NCBI GenBank assembly: GCA_963738405.1
Contig: CAVTWJ010000012.1
Location: forward strand, 32,001-96,000
Direction: 5' to 3'
DNA: 64,000 bases
DNA from: a candidate division FCPU426 bacterium
Lineage (GTDB): Bacteria; Oederibacteriota; Muellerivitia; Muellerivitales; Muellerivitaceae
Made by a program: the position numbers and the translations under genes
In this document: one piece after another, positions 38,595-46,081 of the stretch
Numbering within the stretch: position 1 is the first letter of the stretch
Layout: each line of letters opens with the position of its first letter
Notes under the pieces: model-generated
Databases searched by the model: none
Told to the model about the DNA's origin: nothing
The model's input: the letters and a program-made list of their open reading frames with translations, nothing else

Positions 38595-38969
38595 TCAGCG
38601 GAACTCCGAATACTTCTTGTTGCTCCCTTTAGCTTTGCTCACTGGATATTTTCGGCCACTTTTAAGGAGTTTTCGTTTAGCAGCGCGAGCTAGGTCAATA
38701 TCGTAGCGTTGGGCGAAGCGGACCACAAAAAACAACACGTCCGCCAGTTCATCCTCGATTTCTTCCCGTTTCTTCTTGCTTTTGAACATCTCCTCGATTT
38801 CTTTATCACTTTTAAAGCGGAAATGTTCCAGAAGTTCCGAAGCTTCGGTGATGGCGCCGATAGCCAGGTCTTTCGCGCCGTGGAATTGGTCCCAATCGCG
38901 TACCTCACAAAATTTCTGGACGAGTTTTTTGAGGGAGGCCAGCGAGGTCTTGGAATCCATGGGCGGCAT
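38595..38969 (-). CDS. MazG-like nucleotide pyrophosphohydrolase (DCTPP1/RS21-C6-like)
   Basis: F...RDWDQFH..KDLA..EASELLEHF...EIEDELADV...KYP. Confidence 0.92.
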   Translation of the reverse strand: MPPMDSKTSLASLKKLVQKFCEVRDWDQFHGAKDLAIGAITEASELLEHFRFKSDKEIEEMFKSKKKREEIEDELADVLFFVVRFAQRYDIDLARAAKRKLLKSGRKYPVSKAKGSNKKYSEFR

Positions 38970-39042
38970 TATAGACCAGTTAACAGTTCACAGTCGGTGG
39001 CCGAAAGCAAAAGAAACAACAAGAGTCTAAATCAGAGGGATA

Positions 39043-39288
39043 TCAGGCGGGGATTTGGACGATTCCGTGGAGAAATTCAGGTGCAAAATCGGCGTCGTTC
39101 GGCCAAACAAGGGTACGCAATTCAGGGTGAACCTTGAACCTTTTGAATTCCACCAAATCCTTCAATGGGGCGAAGACGACCCCATCTAACTCATTCTTCA
39201 AATCCACATCGCCTTCCAAACCATCATTAAACTTTAAATGAATGGTGTAGTCGCGAACATAATGGGCCTCAAGAACCGAATAAATCAC
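39043..39288 (-). CDS. DUF2442 family protein
   Basis: Y.I.L.FNDG.EG.VD...GVVFAPLKD...F...TLVWPN.ADFAPEFL; GGAG RBS before GTG 39288. Confidence 0.85.
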   Translation of the reverse strand: MIYSVLEAHYVRDYTIHLKFNDGLEGDVDLKNELDGVVFAPLKDLVEFKRFKVHPELRTLVWPNDADFAPEFLHGIVQIPA

Positions 39289-39325
39289 TTTGTTTACTCC
39301 AGTGGGGCCATAAATTTCATTACGT

Positions 39326-39649
39326 TTATTTACCCATCGGCCTTTTATCCCCATAGGGCGCCGGGGCCTCGTGCGCGGAGGCCATGGATAGCTCTTTGGT
39401 GATCCTTTCGGACAAAAAGAGTTTCATGAGGGATTGATAGGGCACATCCCGCTTGTTGGCCAGGATTTTCAATTCTTCAATCATGGACGCGGGCAAACGC
39501 AAAGAAATGGTTTTCAGGGACGGTTTGAGGTTCGGAAAACCAACGCGTTTGGCCTTAGACCAATCGATATAGTCGGCCGAGTCTTCCTTGGCCCAAAATT
39601 GACGTTCCTCGGCTTCCGACTTAAAGGTTGGTATTTTTTTCTTCGGCAT
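39326..39649 (-). CDS. brnA: BrnA/CopG-like antitoxin
   Basis: IPTFKSEAEE..FW...DS.DY.DW...TISLRLP...DVPYQSL.K. Confidence 0.88.
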   Translation of the reverse strand: MPKKKIPTFKSEAEERQFWAKEDSADYIDWSKAKRVGFPNLKPSLKTISLRLPASMIEELKILANKRDVPYQSLMKLFLSERITKELSMASAHEAPAPYGDKRPMGK

Positions 39650-39944
39650 TTTGGTATTCCCTTCTTTCCTTACGGCTCATGTCCCGGGCGGAGATCACCC
39701 GGATCTTCTTTCGGCGGACGGTAAAAGCCAAAAACAAGGTCCTTTCGGCGTCCGTTTTCCCAAGGGCGAAAAACCTTTGCTCTTCCCCTGAATGCCTTGA
39801 ATCATCCGCCAGCAGGAGGGGTTGATTGAAGAAAACTTCCTCGCATTCCCAAAAAGCCACTGCGTGCTTTTCCCAGTTTTTAAGGAGGTTCACCTGATCC
39901 CAATCAAAGCCTGCGCAGTCGCTTAATAGTTCTTGAGGGTTCAT
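39621..39944 (-). CDS. brnT: BrnT-family toxin
   Basis: GFDWD..N..KNWEKH.V...ECEEVF...HS..E.RF..LG...IRVISARDM. Confidence 0.9.
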   Translation of the reverse strand: MNPQELLSDCAGFDWDQVNLLKNWEKHAVAFWECEEVFFNQPLLLADDSRHSGEEQRFFALGKTDAERTLFLAFTVRRKKIRVISARDMSRKERREYQNAEEKNTNL

Positions 39945-39946
39945 AT

Positions 39947-39975
39947 TCTATGTATATTTTATAAATATACATAGA
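39947..39975. promoter_or_regulatory. Palindromic operator of the brnTA pair
   Basis: TCTATGTATATTT-TAT-AAATATACATAGA immediately upstream of the brnT ATG. Confidence 0.65.
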
Positions 39976-40005
39976 TATGTCGAGAAAAAAACAGGGGGTG
40001 GGTTA

Positions 40006-40392
40006 TCAGATTCCGGTATTACCATGGGGCTCTTTTATAGGAACAAGCCACCGGTTCACGGCATTTCCCAGCCGGCTCTCATTACACCCCGATTCCCGGA
40101 TGCTTCCATCTTCCGAAAGGAGCGAAAAGTTAAACCCTGTCTCCAAATCTTCGTAATACATCACCTCGTCACCGCGCTGGGCCACAATAAAGGCTTCTTC
40201 CTGTCTTTCATACCGAACCAGGACGGCCCTTCGCAAAAGGACCCGGTGATCTTCAAACACCTGACGCTGTTCCCTTGTGCAGGTTTCCAGTTCATGGTTG
40301 ATCAGTATTTCTAATTCCGCTGGGGTAATGGGTGACCAGGCCGTCAAAGGAACACCTCCCGAATTTTCACGACATTCTATCGATGGGTCCAA
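40006..40392 (-). CDS. Hypothetical protein
   Basis: ORF with protein-like composition (YYEDLETGFN); start uncertain. Confidence 0.5.
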   Translation of the reverse strand: MDPSIECRENSGGVPLTAWSPITPAELEILINHELETCTREQRQVFEDHRVLLRRAVLVRYERQEEAFIVAQRGDEVMYYEDLETGFNFSLLSEDGSIRESGCNESRLGNAVNRWLVPIKEPHGNTGI

Positions 40393-40679
40393 AGGGCGGG
40401 CAGATCCCTGGAACCGTGAATAAAACCCAAAATCAGAACTTCTTTTTCATCTTCACGGTAGATGAGCCTGTAATTACGGACGAATATCTCGCGGATGCCG
40501 GGGAGGGCGAATTCGGGCACGATTCTTCCGCGATTTTGGAATGAGGAGAGGGTTGAGGCGGCTTCTAGGACTTCCCGGGCGAAGGCGGCTGAATAATGAA
40601 GGGAATCCTTGGCGATAAAGGCGGTAACCGCTTCGAAATCCTCATAAGCGGATTGAACCCAAATTACGGGTTGAGCCAT
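40377..40679 (-). CDS. RelE/ParE-family toxin
   Basis: VIW..SA.ED...FIAKDS..Y...GRIVPE...IREIFV.NYRLIY...IHG.RD. Confidence 0.88.
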   Translation of the reverse strand: MAQPVIWVQSAYEDFEAVTAFIAKDSLHYSAAFAREVLEAASTLSSFQNRGRIVPEFALPGIREIFVRNYRLIYREDEKEVLILGFIHGSRDLPALWTHR

Positions 40680-40852
40680 TTCGCCATTTTTTCTTCAACT
40701 TGAAATTGGGTCAGGGTGCGGCAAGCCTGGGAGTCTTGGAGGCCCTTTTCCACCTTTTCCCGGACATAGATGTGGTATTGAATATCCTCATAGGTCGCGT
40801 CCGCCGGGAGTTTTTGAAGGATCTGGATGACTTCATCTTTCGCGTTTGACAT
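40664..40852 (-). CDS. Small antitoxin partner of RelE/ParE
   Basis: AKDEVI..L..LP.DATYEDIQYHIYV.EKVEKGL; overlaps the toxin start. Confidence 0.8.
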   Translation of the reverse strand: MSNAKDEVIQILQKLPADATYEDIQYHIYVREKVEKGLQDSQACRTLTQFQVEEKMAKWLNP

Positions 40853-40976
40853 AGGTAACTCCCCGGAAGCTTCTTGATGCTTTTACGATAACATAAATGA
40901 GGGGTATTCCCAACCGCCCCGAACTTACTCGTTATTCTAACGAAAGTTCGGTAGTGCCTCAATTTGAAGTCATGCT

Positions 40977-41156
40977 GTCATTGCGAGGCCCAGTCCCAAT
41001 CGGGGCGATTTGGGCCAAGCCTGTGGTAGTTGGCCTGAATTCGGCCAACCATCCATGGGCTTCAGCCCATGGACAATCTCAGTTAAAATCTAACAAAAGA
41101 AACCTGGGATTCCCACGTCGCAAACCAAGCCTATCGGCTTTGCTCCTCGGAATGAC
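40977..41156. repeat. Palindromic REP/MITE-like element (GTCATTGCGAG...CTCGGAATGAC type)
   Basis: Terminal IR 11/12 match (GTCATTGCGAGG / CCTCGGAATGAC) enclosing several internal hairpins; the 5' end recurs at 52239-52250. Confidence 0.65.
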
Positions 41157-41262
41157 GAGAGGAGACATTACTGAAAGTCAGCCCCTCTTGCTTTTCGGTT
41201 CGGTGATAACTTTACTACTCTCCGGCGGTATTCGGCTTCACATCTAAAAGGGGAGTTTCATT

Positions 41263-42105
41263 ATGAAAAAATTTTTCGCTGGGCTTTTTTTGCTGGGGAT
41301 CGTTCTTTCACCGCTGGCCTGCGGCAACAGCAACAGCACTTCCCCTGCGCCGGTGACCGTCTACGTCGTGGTATCCCCCACCCCCGTTTCCCAACCCGTT
41401 TCCCAGCTTTCCTGGAACACCAACGGTTCCCTGGGGGTCGCCGTCAGCGGAAACTATGTCTGGGTGGGCGACTACAGCGCGGCCTTGGATGTCTATACCC
41501 TTACCGGAACGCCGGTCACAACCATCGGCTGGGGGGTCTATAACGACGGCATTGTGCCGGATGGAAGCGGGGGGGTTTACGCCAGCGGGGCGGGAAACAG
41601 CAAAATTTGTCACTCCACTTCCACCTTCGCGCTCACCAGTTTCTCGACCGCTAACTATGACTACGGCCTGGCCATCGACAACTCCGGCAACCTCTACAGC
41701 ACCGACGATTCGCCCAGCGGTCATATTAATAAGTACACGAGCGCGGGGGCGGCCGTTACATCCTGGACGGTGCCGGGTGGAAGCCCCCAAGGGATCGCCA
41801 TCTACGGATCACCCCAAACCATTTACGTCGCCAGCACCACCGCCCAGGAAATCTACACTTACGACCTGAACGGCCATTCCCTGCCCGTTTCCTGGGCCAT
41901 CACCGGTGATGGGGATTCATTGGGCATCAACCAGGGCCATGTCTATTCGGGCAGCTACTCCAGCGCCGGCCCCATGGCGGTTTACACGCTGACGGGAACC
42001 TTCCTCACCGAATTCGGCAGTTTCCAGGCCTATGCGATGGGCTTTGATACGTCGAACAACATATACATCGGATCGGGATCGACGATTCAGGTTTATAAAC
42101 CCTGA
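41263..42105 (+). CDS. Lipoprotein with NHL-like beta-propeller
   Basis: Lipobox LAC; repeats GLAIDNSGNLY, GIAIYG, MGFDTSNNIY. Confidence 0.75.
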   Translation: MKKFFAGLFLLGIVLSPLACGNSNSTSPAPVTVYVVVSPTPVSQPVSQLSWNTNGSLGVAVSGNYVWVGDYSAALDVYTLTGTPVTTIGWGVYNDGIVPDGSGGVYASGAGNSKICHSTSTFALTSFSTANYDYGLAIDNSGNLYSTDDSPSGHINKYTSAGAAVTSWTVPGGSPQGIAIYGSPQTIYVASTTAQEIYTYDLNGHSLPVSWAITGDGDSLGINQGHVYSGSYSSAGPMAVYTLTGTFLTEFGSFQAYAMGFDTSNNIYIGSGSTIQVYKP

Positions 42106-42241
42106 CTTAATCATCATTCAGCGCCCATTGTTCTTTACCGAAAAAAGCCCATGGTTGATGAATCTACGGAAAATTCAACTCACGCGATTCAGGCCGTCAA
42201 TTTTTTTCGGGCCTCAAGCCGAGAATTAGGCCACCGGATTT

Positions 42242-43771
42242 TTAGGGAACATATTCCTGCAGGTTGTTGAGGAAGTAATCGGCCACCAGCAGATTGCCGT
42301 TGGGGAGGATGCACACCCCGTCCGGCTGTTGAAAGGCCGTGCCCCCGCCCTCGGAGCCGGTAAAGGTATGAGCGATCGCGGCGGTGCCGGGCACATACTC
42401 TTCAAGCCCCACCACCCCTTCGTCGGCGGCGTAGACGGTCCCGCTGGCGTCCACGCACATTTGGTAGATGAAGTTCCCATTAGGCGTGTTCCAGGTATTG
42501 AGCACCGTGCCCGAATAGTTCATTTCCCAAATGTGGTTATGGCCCGCGGCGGACCCGTTGTCGCACACATAGATATTGTTGGAGGAATCCAGGGCCACCG
42601 AGAAGAGGCTTGAAAAGGCCGTGGAGCCCGCGGCGGTCCAGGTTTTCACGACCGTCATCCCGGCGGAGCTGAGCTCATAAAGGGTGGCGCCCCCCTGGTC
42701 CACCACATAGGCGTTGCCGTTGGAATCGGTCTCGACGTCCTGGATGTCGTTGAACGAGGTGGTGGATTTATTCACCGCCACACCGGCCGAGGTGAACTGA
42801 TAGACCACTTGGGCCCCGCCGGACCCGCCATCCACGACATAGACATTCCCGTTGACCGGGTTCACCGCCTGCGTTTGCGGTTGGATGAAAGCGGTGGTTC
42901 CATATTGGGTCCAAGTCGCGCTGGGGGAGGTGAAATTGGCGACCGAATTAAACACCTCCACATCGCTGGGCTGGGTCACATAAACCACACTCGTTCCCCT
43001 GTTGCAGGCAAGGCCATAGGGCGAAGCGTTGGTCCAGGCGCCCCCGGCTAAGAAATGAAAGGTAGCCGTGGCGGTGGCCGTGGCCGTGGCGGTCACGGTG
43101 GGACTATAGGTGGGGGTAGCCGTGCGGGTGTGGGTGGGGCTGGGCGTGGGAGTGGCCGTGAGGCTATTGGTGGGCGTCAAGGTAGGGGTGACCGTCTCCG
43201 TAACGGTGGGGGTGTTCGTGGCTTGGGCGGTGGGGCTGTCGGTGGGGGTCTGGGTTTGGGTGCTCGTGGGGGTTTGGGTCGGCGTCACGGTGGGCGTGGA
43301 AGTCGGGGTGGAGGTGGAAGTCACCGTGGGGGTGGAGGTTTGGGTGGAGGTGGAAGTCACGGTGGGCGACGGGGTAATCGTGGGGGATGACGTTAGCGTT
43401 GGGGTGTTCGTGATCGTGGGGGTGGAAGTCGGCGTAGGGGTAAGGGTGATGGTATAGGTCGGCGTTACGGTGGGCGTGGAGGTGATCGTCGGCGTGGGCG
43501 TTGAAGTAGGGGTCAGGCTGGGAGTGGGCGAGGGCGTGGGCGTGGGGCTGTTGGTGGGTGTAGGGGAAGTGGTGGCGGTAGGGGTTTTGGTGATGATGGG
43601 GCTAAAGGTCGCGGTGGGGGGCGTGAGGACGATGGTATTGGTAAAGGTGAAGGTCGGGGCCAGCGAGGCCAAGGGGCTGGAAGGATATACCTGGGTGTTG
43701 TTGCAGGCCTGGATGCCGGCCAACAGCAGGGCCGCCAGGGCCCAAAGAATAACTCCCCGTTTCATGTCCAA
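42242..43771 (-). CDS. Lipoprotein with long Pro/Thr-rich linker and NHL-like propeller
   Basis: Lipobox IQAC; about 190 aa of TPT repeats; [26 protein letters not shown] repeats. Confidence 0.8.
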   Translation of the reverse strand: MDMKRGVILWALAALLLAGIQACNNTQVYPSSPLASLAPTFTFTNTIVLTPPTATFSPIITKTPTATTSPTPTNSPTPTPSPTPSLTPTSTPTPTITSTPTVTPTYTITLTPTPTSTPTITNTPTLTSSPTITPSPTVTSTSTQTSTPTVTSTSTPTSTPTVTPTQTPTSTQTQTPTDSPTAQATNTPTVTETVTPTLTPTNSLTATPTPSPTHTRTATPTYSPTVTATATATATATFHFLAGGAWTNASPYGLACNRGTSVVYVTQPSDVEVFNSVANFTSPSATWTQYGTTAFIQPQTQAVNPVNGNVYVVDGGSGGAQVVYQFTSAGVAVNKSTTSFNDIQDVETDSNGNAYVVDQGGATLYELSSAGMTVVKTWTAAGSTAFSSLFSVALDSSNNIYVCDNGSAAGHNHIWEMNYSGTVLNTWNTPNGNFIYQMCVDASGTVYAADEGVVGLEEYVPGTAAIAHTFTGSEGGGTAFQQPDGVCILPNGNLLVADYFLNNLQEYVP

Positions 43772-43777
43772 CCTCCC

Positions 43778-44350
43778 CTATTCCATGTCCCAGTGAACGC
43801 CCAGCCATAGGGGCAGATCCTGCCCGACAGCTTTGGATGAAAAGATAAAATTGTATTTTCCTTCCAGATAAAGCCAAAAGCCGTCCGGCAGGCCCGTTTG
43901 AACGCCCGCCCCCAAAGCCCCGTCAAAATCGGCCACCTCAGCCCCGGAAGGGGGGCCGGAAAGAATTTCCAGTTCCCCGCCCATGCCCGCCAAGAGATAG
44001 GGTTTGAAGACATCGCCGCCCCATTGGTAGCGCACCGTGGGGAGAATCATGATTTCCTCATCCGATATACGGCCCGCGTCGTTGGTGCCGTAGTAATAAA
44101 GGTTTTCCAGATCCAATTGAAGGGACCAGGGGGAGTCGATAGAAAATCCAACGCTTGCCTTAAAGGCGGGCGCCGCCGTATAGGCGCTTTGCCAGGCGCT
44201 GGCCGGCAGGTCGATGCCTTCGGCGAATTCAAAATAGAGCCGGCTGGTTTTGGCGGGGGCAGGCGTTGGGGCGGGAGTCAAGGAGGTTTCGGCCTGAAGG
44301 GGCTCGAGGGAAGAAAAAACAAGGATGAGGAAACACAATAATGGTTTCAA
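43778..44350 (-). CDS. Outer-membrane beta-barrel protein (OmpA/OmpW-like)
   Basis: Signal peptide, alternating beta pattern, KPYLLAGMG, LEGKYN, aromatic C-terminal strand. Confidence 0.7.
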   Translation of the reverse strand: MKPLLCFLILVFSSLEPLQAETSLTPAPTPAPAKTSRLYFEFAEGIDLPASAWQSAYTAAPAFKASVGFSIDSPWSLQLDLENLYYYGTNDAGRISDEEIMILPTVRYQWGGDVFKPYLLAGMGGELEILSGPPSGAEVADFDGALGAGVQTGLPDGFWLYLEGKYNFIFSSKAVGQDLPLWLGVHWDME

Positions 44351-44494
44351 GGTCCCCTATTTCGAAACGGGATCAGGAAAGATTCCCGATCACGCGGCCC
44401 GGGAAGGTTCCAATTGGGCCAAACTATAAAATGGGGTTTTGAACCTTTGCAAGACCTGCCCCAAAAAAATTAGGGGAAAAAGTGAGAGGTAAAT

Positions 44495-44866
44495 CTACAC
44501 CCGGGGATGGGACAGCATCATAAAAACGGAACCCATAAAACCGATATAGAACATGAGACATCCCATCAGGACGATATATGCGATCACCAGAATGATTTTG
44601 GGTTGGGTTTGGCAATAGAGATAGATCCCGCCCAGCCAGCCCACGAAGGCCATGGCCATGCTGAAGGAAAATCCATCCCCCACGGCGCTATGGGCTTTCA
44701 TTAAAAAATCGAGGGCGCAATTAAAAACAGGAGGGGCTAAAAAGCTGGCCAAATAAAGCCTGCCCTTGTCGTTCAAAACCTCAGGGAGGATTGGCTCAAA
44801 GGGCGCGCCGCAGTGGGGGCACAATTTACCGGCGGACTCTTTACCGCAAACCCCGCATTTATTCAT
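44495..44866 (-). CDS. Zinc-ribbon membrane protein, hypothetical
   Basis: CGVC...CPHCG followed by 3 hydrophobic segments; GGAGG-like spacing not verified. Confidence 0.6.
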   Translation of the reverse strand: MNKCGVCGKESAGKLCPHCGAPFEPILPEVLNDKGRLYLASFLAPPVFNCALDFLMKAHSAVGDGFSFSMAMAFVGWLGGIYLYCQTQPKIILVIAYIVLMGCLMFYIGFMGSVFMMLSHPRV

Positions 44867-44937
44867 GGAGGCACCTCTAAATGTTCAGCCCGACATTCAC
44901 CGCCAAGTGAACATAGGGGCTTCAACAATCGGAAAAA

Positions 44938-45288
44938 TCATTTCTTTTCCCAATTTTGAATGATTTTCTCAAGCTTTTGAACAAATGGCGGCAGGTCCTC
45001 TGAGACGATCTCCCACAAAATATCAAGATCGACTTGGTCGTAGCCATGGATGAGGCGATTTCTCAACCCGATGATTTGAGCCCAAGGAAGATTGGCATAT
45101 TTTTCCCTTTCCTCATCCGAAACACGAGTGGCCGCTTCTCCAACAACTTCCAAAAGGCGTGTCAAAGCAAGATTCAAAACGCGGTCTTTTGCGATGTCTT
45201 CACGGGTTTTATGCTTGGTCAGGGATACCGCTTCTTGCGCGTAATCCCTCATTTGAAGAAAGGAAATCCTAGGATCGCGCTGTGTCAT
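44938..45288 (-). CDS. hepT: HEPN (DUF86/HepT-like) toxin
   Basis: LEVVGEAA...PW..I.GLRNRLIHGYD (RxxxxH). Confidence 0.9.
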   Translation of the reverse strand: MTQRDPRISFLQMRDYAQEAVSLTKHKTREDIAKDRVLNLALTRLLEVVGEAATRVSDEEREKYANLPWAQIIGLRNRLIHGYDQVDLDILWEIVSEDLPPFVQKLEKIIQNWEKK

Positions 45289-45574
45289 AAAGGGCTTCAG
45301 CCTCAGAAAGGACCTGTTCCCTAAAATAGGGGCTTAAGGATTGATAGGTGTTTAAATCAACCTTTCGGCTAAACAACTTTGAAAAATCATCTTGAAGGGA
45401 AAAAAAAGCCAGCCCCGGGGTATGGTCCGGGCTAAATTCAATCAATAGATCGAGATCACTTTCGGGCTGAAAATCAGCGCGAACAGCCGATCCAAAAAGC
45501 GAAAGCTTTTGAATGTGATGCCTGCGGCATAATTCAGCGATTTTTTCTTTGTCGATTTTAATGCCTGGTTTCAT
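45269..45574 (-). CDS. mntA: Minimal nucleotidyltransferase (MNT) antitoxin
   Basis: LSLFGSAVRADFQPESDLDLL...RKVDL. Confidence 0.9.
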   Translation of the reverse strand: MKPGIKIDKEKIAELCRRHHIQKLSLFGSAVRADFQPESDLDLLIEFSPDHTPGLAFFSLQDDFSKLFSRKVDLNTYQSLSPYFREQVLSEAEALYDTARS

Positions 45575-45627
45575 CCTACGGCCTCGTTCTCATTTCTCAA
45601 TGATTTAGTCTATTTTACCAGAAAACC

Positions 45628-45861
45628 TTATCGGGCATGGAGATTGTCCCGGTGGCCCAAGGCCTTTCCCACCCGGTAGGGTTTGTTCCGCAGGGTCTTC
45701 AGCAGCCGGTCTAAAGACGATTTTCTCAATGGGTCTTCATGCGCGATGGATACCAAATAATCGCGGACCATTTCGGTAAGGGTTTTATTTCTCTGGGCGG
45801 CCGCCAACCGGGCCTGATCCAAGGTGCTTTCCTCGATGGCTAAAGTCAGTTTCTTTTTCAT
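45628..45861 (-). CDS. DUF6364/RHH-like antitoxin (no PIN partner)
   Basis: KLTLAIE...AR..AA.....L..MVRDYL; paralogous to 51064-51294. Confidence 0.75.
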   Translation of the reverse strand: MKKKLTLAIEESTLDQARLAAAQRNKTLTEMVRDYLVSIAHEDPLRKSSLDRLLKTLRNKPYRVGKALGHRDNLHAR

Positions 45862-46081
45862 GAGTCCCTATTTACCTGATTAAGTGATTTACCTAAACCA
45901 TAGGCCGGGAAATCTTAAAAGTCAAAAGGGGCCCTAAACGAAAAACCGTCACACTTATGGCGCCTCCCTGAATCAGGGCCCAATAGCAGCGCAAACGCGC
46001 TACTGGACAGGATTCAGGGCACGGATAATTCCATCTCCGTCATTCGTTCACAAGACGAATGCCGCGGTTTGAGGATTCCCA

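Noticed and set aside
43055..43796. Gly-rich and Val/Gly-rich + strand ORFs
   Set aside because: Reverse-frame translations of the Pro/Thr repeat of the 42242-43771 lipoprotein.
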